DNA of 64,000 bases from Candidatus Stygibacter australis (GCA_030765845.1 JAVCDJ010000203.1:83947-147946), one strand, 5' to 3'. Counted from the first letter of the stretch, positions 1 to 9,363 are shown. A program made the numbers and translations. Notes: generated by a model from the sequence alone, not told the origin.

Positions 1-611
1 ACTTCAAATCCTCCCCGACGACCATTCATGTGTCCCGGGAAAGTACGGCACATGGTTTCTTTGCCGTTACTGGCAAGCACATACATGGTTGGCAGAGTAT
101 CATAAACCAGGGTATCCACAAAAGTGCCTTCGGTATTGGCATAAACCTTATACTGACGATAGAAAGACACATAAGTATAAGAAAAAACAATCTTCTTATC
201 CAGTGTAAGTTTTGTGGCAATACTTTCCATAAGGTTAAGTTTGGTTTGATCATCCATCAGGAAGGGGTCTTCTTCGGGCTGATAGATATAACTTGCCTGC
301 ACTGCTTTAGAAGGGGTATATTTGATCTTCTGGTTACGGAATTTTGCTCCGAGCTTTGCATTTGTAACTGCAAGTTTTATAGTTTTATCTATCTCGCTAG
401 TATTCAGGATATCAGTTCCGGCAAAACCCCAGCAACCATCAATCAGCACGCGAACACCAATAGCCTGAGCGTCCATCGCTCTGCCATAATACTTCAAACT
501 GCCTTTCTGGAAATAGATGGTTTCATCATCAGTGGATGTATAGCGGACGTCAGCGAAAGTAACGCCCATTGCCTTTGTTTTGTTGAGTATATCATTTACT
601 AATTTTTTCAT
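1..611 (-). CDS. tldD: TldD-family metallopeptidase, N-terminal ~203 codons (gene runs off the left window edge)
   Basis: Absent from the ORF track because it is open to the edge. My translation of the minus strand from ATG 611-609 (SD GGAGGGAG at 618-625) gives MKKLVNDILNKTKAMGVTFADVRYTSTDDETIYFQKGSL...GVRVLIDGCWGFAGT... with no stop down to nt 3. It lies directly downstream of a PmbA-like gene. Confidence 0.7.
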   Translation of the reverse strand, partial: MKKLVNDILNKTKAMGVTFADVRYTSTDDETIYFQKGSLKYYGRAMDAQAIGVRVLIDGCWGFAGTDILNTSEIDKTIKLAVTNAKLGAKFRNQKIKYTPSKAVQASYIYQPEEDPFLMDDQTKLNLMESIATKLTLDKKIVFSYTYVSFYRQYKVYANTEGTFVDTLVYDTLPTMYVLASNGKETMCRTFPGHMNGRRGGFE

Positions 612-625
612 AATTTTCTCCCTCC

Positions 626-1957
626 TTAGATGGTTCCGGTTGACGATGTGATGTTAAATGAGCTGATTGTCACATGCGGCATGCGATAACTGTCGATTCC
701 AAAGTGTCCATAATTCTGGGAAAATGGAATTGTGACCGCTTTATTTTCTATCTCAGTGATATTTTCAATGATGCGCACTATCTTTTCTGTGAAACGGAGA
801 TTATTGATCACCTTGGTGATCTTGCCATCTTCGATGAGGAATGTGCCGTCACGGGTGAGACCGGTAACTGAAGTTTCTTTAGGATTAATGAAATTCATGT
901 AGTGCAAAGAAGAAACATAAATTCCTTTCTTAATGCCGGCTATCATCTCAGCGAGTGTTTTATCTCCAGTATCCATAATAAGCGCAGATGCTTCGGAGCC
1001 GGTTTCTTTCATTTTGAGTTTATGAGCATAATAATTACTGACCATAAAGTTACGGAACACACCATTTTCAATGATCTTAAGATTTTCATAAGGATGCCCG
1101 GAATTTGTGTAATCAAACTGCATCATATCAGGATGTTGAGGATTATCGGTAATGCTGACATTCTCCGGGAATAGTTTTTGGTCGAGTTTGCCTTCAAAAA
1201 AGCTGTTTTTGCTGTCCAGGCTGCGAGCAGAAACGCTGTTCATCAGATACATGAAATATTCTGCAATACAGCGGGGTGCAAGAACCACGGGGTATTTGCC
1301 AGGTTCCAGATCCACAATTTCATTATTTCCGGCTTCAGCCTTTTTCACCAGGCTGTCTCGGAAATCAGGCAGGTCAAAGCTCTTAAAATTTTCACCACCG
1401 AATGTCTCCAGTACGGTAACTTCTGTTTTCTGGTTAACAGCCTTCACTTCCAGGGCAATTGGTGAATTCATTTCATGTTTATCCACGCCATTGCTGTTTA
1501 CTATGTAAAGGTCATTGTAATTACAGATAAAAGTACCATAGATCTTATAATCAAAGGGTGCTACTGCCTTGGCAAGTTGCTGCAGGATTTCGATCTTTTT
1601 CTCCAGATCTACTGTCTCTCTGTTATCAGGCTTTGGCTTTTCAGCAGTCTTGTTGATATTAGCTTCGATATCTACGTAGTCAGGGTCTTCAGGCAGATCA
1701 TCAATGAATTTTACTACTTCATTGATCTTTTCACGCAGAGCTTCTTCGGTGGGATTATCAAGGGAGAAGTCATAATACCTTTTGCCCTTGTGGACTGTGG
1801 CGCTCAGAGCCAATGAGCTTTTGGAAATATTATAATTGGTTTGACTCTGATAAAATCTCAAAAAGTCCGTATGCCATTTTCTGAGATGGAATTGAAACTT
1901 GAGATCAGTGAATTCGTTACAGATGTTTACCAGTTTTTCTTTAAATTTTAAGATCAT
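626..1957 (-). CDS. pmbA: PmbA/TldE-family protein (TldD/PmbA fold)
   Basis: 443-aa ORF. The C-terminal half (GLTRDGTFLIEDGKITKVINNLRF...MPHVTISSFNITS) has the PmbA_TldD family pattern. It is tightly packed between the TetR gene and tldD. Confidence 0.7.
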   Translation of the reverse strand: MILKFKEKLVNICNEFTDLKFQFHLRKWHTDFLRFYQSQTNYNISKSSLALSATVHKGKRYYDFSLDNPTEEALREKINEVVKFIDDLPEDPDYVDIEANINKTAEKPKPDNRETVDLEKKIEILQQLAKAVAPFDYKIYGTFICNYNDLYIVNSNGVDKHEMNSPIALEVKAVNQKTEVTVLETFGGENFKSFDLPDFRDSLVKKAEAGNNEIVDLEPGKYPVVLAPRCIAEYFMYLMNSVSARSLDSKNSFFEGKLDQKLFPENVSITDNPQHPDMMQFDYTNSGHPYENLKIIENGVFRNFMVSNYYAHKLKMKETGSEASALIMDTGDKTLAEMIAGIKKGIYVSSLHYMNFINPKETSVTGLTRDGTFLIEDGKITKVINNLRFTEKIVRIIENITEIENKAVTIPFSQNYGHFGIDSYRMPHVTISSFNITSSTGTI

Positions 1958-1959
1958 AT

Positions 1960-2703
1960 TTACTCCTCATTTTCTTCTGCTTCTGGCAGATATTTAAATT
2001 TGATTATTTTCTCTGGCTGGGATGAAATTCCACGGAGATAAAAATTTAGAAAGTAATAAAAATACTCATGAGCAAATTTCTTTTTCTCAGCTTCTGTTTT
2101 ATGCTCTGCATTATTCCAGATGGCATTATGGGTGATAGCTCTCAGGCAATGGATAAATTGACTGTAAACTATTTCCGGCTGGATGTCAGGATTGATGCTG
2201 CCATCTTCAATGCCCTGCGTAAAAGCTGAAAGATGCTTGATATTTGCTTCCTTATTGATATTGATAAATTTATTGACTACTTTTTCTTCCACTTTGTCAT
2301 ATTCAATACCACGATAATCAAAATATTGCACCAGAAGCAGCATTTGAGGATTCTCTTCAAAAAACTCAAAGTATGCTGTTCCCAGTGCCTTGATCTTATC
2401 TATTCCGGTTTCGGCATTATCCATTGATTCTTCTATGAATATGCGGCGCTTTTCTAATCCACGGCAATAAACCTCTAAATATAATTCTCCTTTGCCAGTT
2501 ATGTATGAATACAGGGTCTTCTTAGTGTAATCCGCTGCCCTGGCAATATCACCGAGTGTAACATTCTCATATCCCCGTTCATAGAAAAGCTGCTCTGATA
2601 CATCTATTATCAGTTCTCTGCGCAACTGATATTCGCGCTCTTTTCGGTTTACTTTCATAGCTGCTAATTTCTTTGTGCTACGAAACCTGATGTCTTCCGA
2701 CAT
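1960..2703 (-). CDS. TetR/AcrR-family transcriptional regulator
   Basis: 247-aa ORF. The N-terminal HTH LFYERGYENVTLGDIARAADYTKKTLYSYITGKGELY is the TetR_N signature. The start is uncertain: ATG 2703 has no SD, and an in-frame ATG at 2658 is an alternative. Confidence 0.8.
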   Translation of the reverse strand: MSEDIRFRSTKKLAAMKVNRKEREYQLRRELIIDVSEQLFYERGYENVTLGDIARAADYTKKTLYSYITGKGELYLEVYCRGLEKRRIFIEESMDNAETGIDKIKALGTAYFEFFEENPQMLLLVQYFDYRGIEYDKVEEKVVNKFININKEANIKHLSAFTQGIEDGSINPDIQPEIVYSQFIHCLRAITHNAIWNNAEHKTEAEKKKFAHEYFYYFLNFYLRGISSQPEKIIKFKYLPEAEENEE

Positions 2704-2796
2704 CAGTATATCTGGTACGTCTCTCGTTCCACGTCTGGGTGAAATTCTTAGTCATCACAATCCTCCTAACAAATTTAACAATTAAAACCACATCTA

Positions 2797-2813
2797 TTAC
2801 ACTCATGGTGTAA
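2797..2813 (-). promoter_or_regulatory. Candidate TetR operator palindrome TTACAC-TCATG-GTGTAA
   Basis: Perfect 6+5+6 inverted repeat lying between a minus-strand TTGACA box (2835-2840) and the SD/start region of the TetR operon. Confidence 0.35.
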
Positions 2814-2853
2814 ATAACTAAAACGGGGTTTTCTTGTCAAATCTTTTTTTTGT

Positions 2854-2909
2854 CACTAAGTTAATTGTGCACCGCCGGGTATTTCCAGGTGGGGTGCAGT
2901 TAACGACCG
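2854..2909 (+). repeat. Family-B intergenic repeat, copy B1 (CACTAAGTTA..GTGCACCGCCGGGTATTTCCAGGTGGGG.GCAG.TAACGACC)
   Basis: About 85-90% identical by eye to 60562-60618 (reverse) and about 70% to 9452-9508. Its CTTAGTGAC end is 11 nt from the minus-strand TTGACA of the TetR operon. Confidence 0.8.
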
Positions 2910-3073
2910 TTTTCAAACCATCTCTGGTAGGGGGTGTTCTTTATCAGGGTAATTGCAGCGAATTTGATAAAATCGTTAACACCGTTCACTGTGTTAACCA
3001 TGTCCAAAAGGATCTTCAACTTTTTTAGAATTTTATGTCAAATTTGTCAAAACTGTTAAAAGTTCTTCTAATT

Positions 3074-4135
3074 TTAACCCAGTCTAAACTTTACTCTTAG
3101 ATCATGAAATTGATTGAAATCAATTATTTTATCATGCATGAGTCGACCTACAATAATACCTTTGTGTATTTTGATCTCATTTGAGAATTCTTCTATACTT
3201 TGTCGTGATACACCAGGTGATATAAATTTAGAATATTCATTTTCAGGGATCAATGTGCTTTTAGCAAAATTATCAGCTTCTATTTCCATTTCAGAATTTA
3301 CATCAGGAATATCAATAAATGTCCCTTTTTTATAATGTCCAAAGTAAATATGCCCGATTTCATGAAAGAGACTAAACCAGAATATGTCAGAATATTTTCC
3401 TTTCAGGCTTAACTGAAGCATTATTTTATCAGGAGAAATCCATTTAATAGCACCATTTACATGGGTTTGGGAAATATGAGGAACAATGGCTAAAGCTATA
3501 CCACAATCAGCAAGTAGATGAGTGAGTGTATCTATAGTTTCTTCAAGAGGTTTTAGTGTAAGTTTTCTAATCTCAGGAATAGCTTTTTTAAGTTTTGATT
3601 TCAAATACCTGTCAGTTTGTACTTCCTGAGCTGCGATTTCTCCTTTTCTTAGCCAAGTTGCTAAAGCATATTCTGAAGAAGTGTATTTTTCTGATTTTCT
3701 GAATGCTATGGGAATCAACAGAGGAGTGTAATTAAGGTTTGCTATCCCAAAGAAAGCCCGTAGATTATCTATTTTCTTTTTAATTGCTCGCGTTTTTTCC
3801 ACCCAGCCAAATTTTGCAATTTCAGCATAATTGATTGAATTAGCAATTTCCTTCTCCTTTTCATCAATTAGCAGGTGATTTGATCTTGTTACTGCTTCTT
3901 GATATGAAGCCTCTAATCCCACCCAGAAAGATGCAGGTAATCCTAATACACACTCTAATTTTAGAGCGGTTTCAATTGTTATAGGAGATTTACCATTTAT
4001 GATCTCGTTTAAGTGCTTAGTGGACATTCCAAGCCTTAGAGACAATTCTTTTTGCGTCATATCCCATATTTCTATCTGTTCCAATAGAGTTGCGCCTGGT
4101 GGCACTGGGATAGGGGCTACCTTTCTATTTGCCAT
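3074..4135 (-). CDS. Antitoxin-like XRE-family HTH protein fused to an ImmA/IrrE-type zinc metallopeptidase domain
   Basis: 353-aa ORF. N-terminal HTH (MTQKELSLRLGMSTKHLNEIINGKSPIT) and a C-terminal HExxH motif (FHEIGHIYFGH). It overlaps the upstream toxin gene by 11 nt. Confidence 0.75.
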   Translation of the reverse strand: MANRKVAPIPVPPGATLLEQIEIWDMTQKELSLRLGMSTKHLNEIINGKSPITIETALKLECVLGLPASFWVGLEASYQEAVTRSNHLLIDEKEKEIANSINYAEIAKFGWVEKTRAIKKKIDNLRAFFGIANLNYTPLLIPIAFRKSEKYTSSEYALATWLRKGEIAAQEVQTDRYLKSKLKKAIPEIRKLTLKPLEETIDTLTHLLADCGIALAIVPHISQTHVNGAIKWISPDKIMLQLSLKGKYSDIFWFSLFHEIGHIYFGHYKKGTFIDIPDVNSEMEIEADNFAKSTLIPENEYSKFISPGVSRQSIEEFSNEIKIHKGIIVGRLMHDKIIDFNQFHDLRVKFRLG

Positions 4136-4448
4136 GATAATCCTCCATTTTTACTATACTAACAAATACTACTTCATTTATATCTTTATTTTCAGATTCA
4201 AAAACAGGTTTAATTATCATCCTCAATGGATGCTCCAGATCTAAAGCATATTTTCCTTTTAAATTACCCGTTAACGAGTGACATCGTCCTACTTTACATT
4301 TTACCATCGTACCAAGATCAGAAATATTACTTAGCTCATTATAACGCTGAATAATAAGTCTTGCATTCCTATTACCGTATTCTATTGTTAATTTACGGGC
4401 ATCTGATATGACTTTCTTCAGCTTTCTGTCCAGAATCTGTATCTTCAC
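4125..4448 (-). CDS. higB: HigB/RelE-superfamily (plasmid-maintenance killer type) toxin
   Basis: 107-aa ORF with a GTG start 6 nt after AAGGAG. The motif GRCHSLTGNLKGKYALDLEHPLRMIIKP resembles the HigB/killer-protein core. The toxin-first gene order is typical of higBA. Confidence 0.6.
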   Translation of the reverse strand: MKIQILDRKLKKVISDARKLTIEYGNRNARLIIQRYNELSNISDLGTMVKCKVGRCHSLTGNLKGKYALDLEHPLRMIIKPVFESENKDINEVVFVSIVKMEDYHGK

Positions 4449-4482
4449 ACCTCACTCCTTGATCAAAAACATAATTATTTCA

Positions 4483-4522
4483 TGACAGATAACTGTCAAT
4501 AAAATTAACCTGACAGGTTAAT
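4483..4522 (-). promoter_or_regulatory. higBA promoter/operator region with two palindromes sharing TGACAG
   Basis: TGACAG-ATAA-CTGTCA (4483-4498) overlaps a minus-strand TTGACA (4494-4499). ATTAACCTG-A-CAGGTTAAT (4504-4522) is a perfect 9+1+9 palindrome immediately upstream. Confidence 0.5.
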
Positions 4523-4607
4523 GATTTAACAAATAAAATTTCATGATATAATGTTATCTCAATAATATTTATGTAATTACGAGCTTCTGATTATTTTTTT
4601 AACTGAA

Positions 4608-6899
4608 CTATTTCTCTGTAGGAACCACTATCCCCCTGATAATGATATTCTGGAAGAATACAAATACGACAAATGTAGGGATAGAAGCAACAACCAGGGC
4701 AGCAAACCCTACTCCGGCACTTGTGCGCTGCATCATTTGATAGATATTCACCATCATCGTCCACATGGATTTATCCTGGCAGACAATAAAGGCGAACATA
4801 AAATTGCGGTAGGCAGCATTAAAGGCACTGAGTGCTATCACAGCCATAATGGGTTTGGAGAGGCTCATGGCAATGCGCCAGAATATCGTCCACTCACTGG
4901 CACCATCTATGGTGGCAGATTCAAAAAGTTCTTTTGGCAGTGAGTCAAAGAAGCCTTTGAGCAGGAAGATGAAATATCCGTCGGCGAGTCCGGGCAGGAT
5001 AAGTGCCCAGAAGGTGTTCAGCATCCCGAACTTTTTCATGATCAAAAAGTTAGGAATACCCATCACCATTGCCGGGAATGCCATGGTCAGCATCAAAACA
5101 AGGATGATCTTATAAGTAGCAGGCAGTTTATAACGGCTCATGGCGTAGGCAGCCAGAGGATTGACAATCAGTGCGGAGATGATCGCCAGCAGACAGTAAA
5201 TAACGGTATTGAGCATGGCTCTGCCATTATATAGCATCTCGTCCAGCACCATCACATAATTACGCCTGGTGAATTCCCAGAAGATACTTGTTTTGTGTTC
5301 TTTATAAATAGAATAGTCTATCTGGTAATGATCAATAGGCACTTCGCTGAAATCCCGCCAGCTCAAATGCCAGGCCTGGTTCAAAAGCTTCACATGCCCA
5401 TATTTATAGGTAAGATAGCTGAGCCATCTGCCTTCCTCATCAGGGGTCAGTTCCAGAAAGCGGTTTGACGTATAATTTTGCACAAAACTAAGCCAGTCCC
5501 TTTGATAATTACCGTTTTCCGGTATTTTGCGGGGCGGATAGATGAATATTTCCTGCTCATAATTTGTGTTATACTCGGTATTGAAGCTTGCCAGATCAAG
5601 CGAGCCGTCTGTGCCCGGATGCAGTTCGCGCATATAGGTTAAGAACTGCTGCTGACTTAAGGGCTTTAGTCTGATAGACCGCGAATCAGCTTCCTGGCGC
5701 ACAAACCAGCTCCAGTCAAATTCCTTAGCCAGATTGAATTTCGGATTGGTCAAGGGCAGCTCAATTTCCTTGAATTCATTATATCCCCGCTCAAAAGTGG
5801 TATTCAAATCTTCTATATCACCATATTTCTTTGCCAGCCATCTGCGGTAATCAAGCTCAACTGAGGTAACTTTCAGCCATTGCGGCTGAGCCATATTTTC
5901 AATGAAAAATGTATAATCAACAGGCAATGCCCCGCTGCGTGGCAATTCTGCAGGAATCGTGATAGAGCTGAACTGCGAATAATCAGTTTTCCAGGTCTTA
6001 TTCAGCAGGCTGATATCATCATATTTTTCTTGAACAAAATCCTGCCAGGCTCCCAACGCTTCAGGCAATAATTGAATATGGTGGATATTCAAGCGCTGCT
6101 TCACATAGTTAACCCAGAATGGCTGCAAAGTGCCATCAGGTATCGTTTCAGCCAGCTTGATCTCTTCCCAGTTCATAAAATTAGTCTGTAAACTGTCATT
6201 TATTAACCGGATCTCATTCTTGAAAAGCGGACGTAATTCAGAATTAATAAAATTACCATCCAGACTTACATATACTCTTTGCCATAACGGCAGATCATGC
6301 CTGAAATCACTATATTCAGTCAAAAAGCCGGTATAATCACCATTAAAATTTCTGCCTGTTATCCCTGTTTCTTCCAGTCGTACCTCATCCCAATTGAGCG
6401 TGGAAGTTTCATAGAGCTCATTCAAGCGGTTAAGACTGCTTCCGGTTTTCTTTTTCATATAATTACGGAATTTCCGCTCATTGCGTGGATATATCCCTCT
6501 GCCATACTGTTCCGAGATATAATAATCAAAAATATCATGTCTTTGATGATTTTCATTCAGAAATTCAAACCAGTCGTCATGAACCTGCGGTATCAGTTTT
6601 GCCGGAGGATCAAGCAATGTGAAACTGAGAGCACGGTTTTTATATTGCTCAGCCATCCTGTCGCCCAGTTCATCCATTCTGGCTTCAATATATTTGCGAT
6701 ACAGCATCTCATCATCAAAAAAGAATTGCGGATAAATCGAGAAGGTCTGGGCGTCAACATTGCTTTTAAATGAAGCAGATATCATCACCATAAAAGGATA
6801 GATCATTGTGACGGCTCCCAGCAGCAGCACGATATGTATTATCAGACTCAAAATTCTTACTTTTAAGGTTTTGCGTCCCACTTTTCCTATAATTGGCAT
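4608..6899 (-). CDS. MalG-type ABC transporter permease with a ~480-aa periplasmic insertion after TM1
   Basis: 763-aa ORF. N-terminal TM1 (IYPFMVMISASFK). The C-terminal 230 aa is a standard permease core with the EAA loop (ESATIDGASEWTIFWRIAMSLSKP). The region between carries 5 copies of an LNxxW/FxxxY/WxxFxEIxLP-like motif. Confidence 0.8.
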   Translation of the reverse strand: MPIIGKVGRKTLKVRILSLIIHIVLLLGAVTMIYPFMVMISASFKSNVDAQTFSIYPQFFFDDEMLYRKYIEARMDELGDRMAEQYKNRALSFTLLDPPAKLIPQVHDDWFEFLNENHQRHDIFDYYISEQYGRGIYPRNERKFRNYMKKKTGSSLNRLNELYETSTLNWDEVRLEETGITGRNFNGDYTGFLTEYSDFRHDLPLWQRVYVSLDGNFINSELRPLFKNEIRLINDSLQTNFMNWEEIKLAETIPDGTLQPFWVNYVKQRLNIHHIQLLPEALGAWQDFVQEKYDDISLLNKTWKTDYSQFSSITIPAELPRSGALPVDYTFFIENMAQPQWLKVTSVELDYRRWLAKKYGDIEDLNTTFERGYNEFKEIELPLTNPKFNLAKEFDWSWFVRQEADSRSIRLKPLSQQQFLTYMRELHPGTDGSLDLASFNTEYNTNYEQEIFIYPPRKIPENGNYQRDWLSFVQNYTSNRFLELTPDEEGRWLSYLTYKYGHVKLLNQAWHLSWRDFSEVPIDHYQIDYSIYKEHKTSIFWEFTRRNYVMVLDEMLYNGRAMLNTVIYCLLAIISALIVNPLAAYAMSRYKLPATYKIILVLMLTMAFPAMVMGIPNFLIMKKFGMLNTFWALILPGLADGYFIFLLKGFFDSLPKELFESATIDGASEWTIFWRIAMSLSKPIMAVIALSAFNAAYRNFMFAFIVCQDKSMWTMMVNIYQMMQRTSAGVGFAALVVASIPTFVVFVFFQNIIIRGIVVPTEK

Positions 6900-6912
6900 A
6901 TCATATATCCTT

Positions 6913-9363
6913 TTATTCAGCAGAAGCTGTCTTAAATTCCATTTTATTAAGCCTGCGCAATTGGATTACCGTAAAGCCCATCATCATCATACCCAGCATC
7001 CATGCCATCGTGGTAGCAACGCCAAATTTGAGAAAGAGATATGCTTTTTCAAAGATCAGCAGATTCGCCACCCGCGTAGCTTCATTAGGACCTCCAAAGG
7101 TCATTACCAGGATAAACCCGCTTTGCTGACTGGATGCTATGAAAGCAGCAATGAACTGGATAATGATCAGAGCTTTCAGATTAGGGACCACGATGTAGCG
7201 TATCTTATGAAAGAAGTTTGCCCCGTCAATATCGGCAGCTTCATAATTTTCATCCGGGATTCCCTTGAGCGCTGCCAGATAGATCAGGCAGCCAGGTCCC
7301 ACACCTGCCCACACTGTGGGTAATATGCAGCAGAGCATTGCCAGGTTTTCATCCCGTATCCAGCGGCTTTTTTCCATACCCAGCGCCATCAGTATCTGAT
7401 TAAGTCCACCAGCATCAGACGGGTCGTAGAGCAGTTTCCATAGATAGATCACGATCACTCCGCTGATCACTGCCGGCAGGTAATAAATAACACGATAAAC
7501 CAGTTTTCCATGCGATACTTCCTGCAGCAGAATAGCCAGAATAATTGGAGGGAAGAATCCCAGGGAGAGTGATAATGCCATGTAATACAAAGTTTTTCCA
7601 AGAGATGACCACCACACTGTGTCAAACAGCACATCCGCAAAATTCTGCAAACCGATGAATTGACTGTCTCCCACGATCTGATAATCCTGAAATGCCATTA
7701 CAGAGCCCATCAGCATAGGCACATATTTCCATAATATGATCGAGCCTAAGGCAGGAACTATCATCATCCACGCCCAGAAATAACTCTTTTTCTTCAGATT
7801 GGATCTATTATTGACCAGAGTCTTGGGTGTGAATATCTTCCAGACTTTGATCAGTGCAACTGCAAAAGCCAGGAAAATGAAAACCGCCACCAGAAATGCG
7901 ATACTATTACGTTTTTTGCGTTCGGCATCGCTTACTTTCCCGATCATTTTCTCATTAGTCCGCTGCACACCACCATCAAGTATACTTTTGATATTCTCCC
8001 GTTTTTCCTCTCTGGTTTCACCCAGTTCGCCTTCCCGCTCCATTGAGATACAGGTCTCAATGGGATAGGTCATGAAATAATATATTTTCTGGCAATTATG
8101 CCCATAAGGCTCAGGATTTCCATTGGCAACGGCTTCTTCAAAGGTTTCCAGCCAGCCCGGAGGTACGTATTTCAAGTATTCATCATAGCCGTAACGCTGA
8201 AGATAAATAGGGTTCTGCATCTTGCCATAACCGGCTTCTATCATCACCTTCATTCTGATCTGACGCGCTTCTTCGGAATCATAAAACCAGATATAATTCC
8301 AGGCAGCTTCCTTCACTTTTTGCGGATCACGATCACCCAACCCGGCATTATTGGTCTCTCCAGCTTGAGAAAAAATCCCCATCATGCGAGAATTTATCTC
8401 TGACCCCCGCTCTCCTGTGGGTCCATAAGGTGGAGGAGCAGCACCATATAGATTAGGATCTATCTGTCCTCCCAGATTGCGCTGATCCATATACATCATC
8501 CGCATCCCTATCTTGCCTTCATCCCACATCCTGCCCCAGTCTCCTTCGCGGATCACAAAGCCTTCCTGATTATTACCTTCAGCATCTATCCAGGGAGTAG
8601 TGATAAGATCCAGATAAAATTCCATGGCATCCACGCCAGCTTCACTATTAAAAGCTGCATACCATTCTTCTGTATATGGATCCTGCTGCACTGCCTTGCC
8701 ACCGGCTGACCACAGATAGGTTATCCAGTCATAAGCCATTTCCGGACCACTGGCAAGAAACAAGCCATATACACCTTCAGAGGGGATAGTGAGCCTGCGT
8801 GCATAATCAAGCAGTTCTTCCCAGTTCCGGGGTGGCTGCTCAGGATCAATGCCAGCCTTGTGAAAAAGGTCTTTGCGATACATCAGCACCCGCACCAGAG
8901 TTTCATAGGGAAGACACCACACATGCTCCTGGGACTCTCCAACTTTTTTCCGCTTGATCACGGGCATCACTGGCTTTTCTATGCGATAATCTATTTCCTG
9001 CTGGCTTTGAAGTGCCAGAAATTTATCCATGGGATATAAAAAGTCATTCTCTATATAAGTGTCAGACTGCCGGAAATTTACATAGATCACATCAGGAGAT
9101 ACTCCTCCTGCAATTGCCATCAAGGGACCGGCATCCAATTCCATATTCTCGATCTGAATTCCCGAAAATGAACGCAGTTCTATCCCGGGATATTTTTTCT
9201 TAAATGCCTTGATCACTTCCATGTCTGCTCGATTAAAAGCATCAGTAGCTTTCGGATCAGGAAGTGAAAATACTTTTAAGATGACTTTCTCTTCGCCATG
9301 CAGACTTGTTATTATAAGGATAAATATTAAAAAAAGTAAAATCTTCCGAGCTATTTTTTTCAA
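6913..9363 (-). CDS. Fusion of a family-1 extracellular solute-binding protein (aa 1-~490) and a MalF-type ABC permease (aa ~490-816)
   Basis: 816-aa ORF with a TTG start 6 nt after AGGAG and a signal peptide. The SBP-like body is followed by a TM segment (SIAFLVAVFIFLAFAVALI) and a permease core with the EAA loop (YEAADIDGANFFHKIRYIVVPN). Confidence 0.8.
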   Translation of the reverse strand: MKKIARKILLFLIFILIITSLHGEEKVILKVFSLPDPKATDAFNRADMEVIKAFKKKYPGIELRSFSGIQIENMELDAGPLMAIAGGVSPDVIYVNFRQSDTYIENDFLYPMDKFLALQSQQEIDYRIEKPVMPVIKRKKVGESQEHVWCLPYETLVRVLMYRKDLFHKAGIDPEQPPRNWEELLDYARRLTIPSEGVYGLFLASGPEMAYDWITYLWSAGGKAVQQDPYTEEWYAAFNSEAGVDAMEFYLDLITTPWIDAEGNNQEGFVIREGDWGRMWDEGKIGMRMMYMDQRNLGGQIDPNLYGAAPPPYGPTGERGSEINSRMMGIFSQAGETNNAGLGDRDPQKVKEAAWNYIWFYDSEEARQIRMKVMIEAGYGKMQNPIYLQRYGYDEYLKYVPPGWLETFEEAVANGNPEPYGHNCQKIYYFMTYPIETCISMEREGELGETREEKRENIKSILDGGVQRTNEKMIGKVSDAERKKRNSIAFLVAVFIFLAFAVALIKVWKIFTPKTLVNNRSNLKKKSYFWAWMMIVPALGSIILWKYVPMLMGSVMAFQDYQIVGDSQFIGLQNFADVLFDTVWWSSLGKTLYYMALSLSLGFFPPIILAILLQEVSHGKLVYRVIYYLPAVISGVIVIYLWKLLYDPSDAGGLNQILMALGMEKSRWIRDENLAMLCCILPTVWAGVGPGCLIYLAALKGIPDENYEAADIDGANFFHKIRYIVVPNLKALIIIQFIAAFIASSQQSGFILVMTFGGPNEATRVANLLIFEKAYLFLKFGVATTMAWMLGMMMMGFTVIQLRRLNKMEFKTASAE

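Noticed and set aside
30-602. 190-aa + strand ORF at the left edge, and the 26-253 minus ORF.
   Set aside because: Both overlap the open-ended minus-strand frame, which has a strong SD and ATG at 611 and a TldD-like translation. The + ORF product is low-complexity and Cys/Phe-rich, as expected for an antisense read of a real gene.
6297-7323. Long antisense or alternative-frame ORFs. Examples: 6297-6773, 6808-7323, 10223-10618, 34866-35324, 39823-40206, 49287-49658, 59666-60091.
   Set aside because: Each lies wholly inside a longer ORF with clear family motifs. None has a convincing SD, and the products look like typical shadow-frame sequence.
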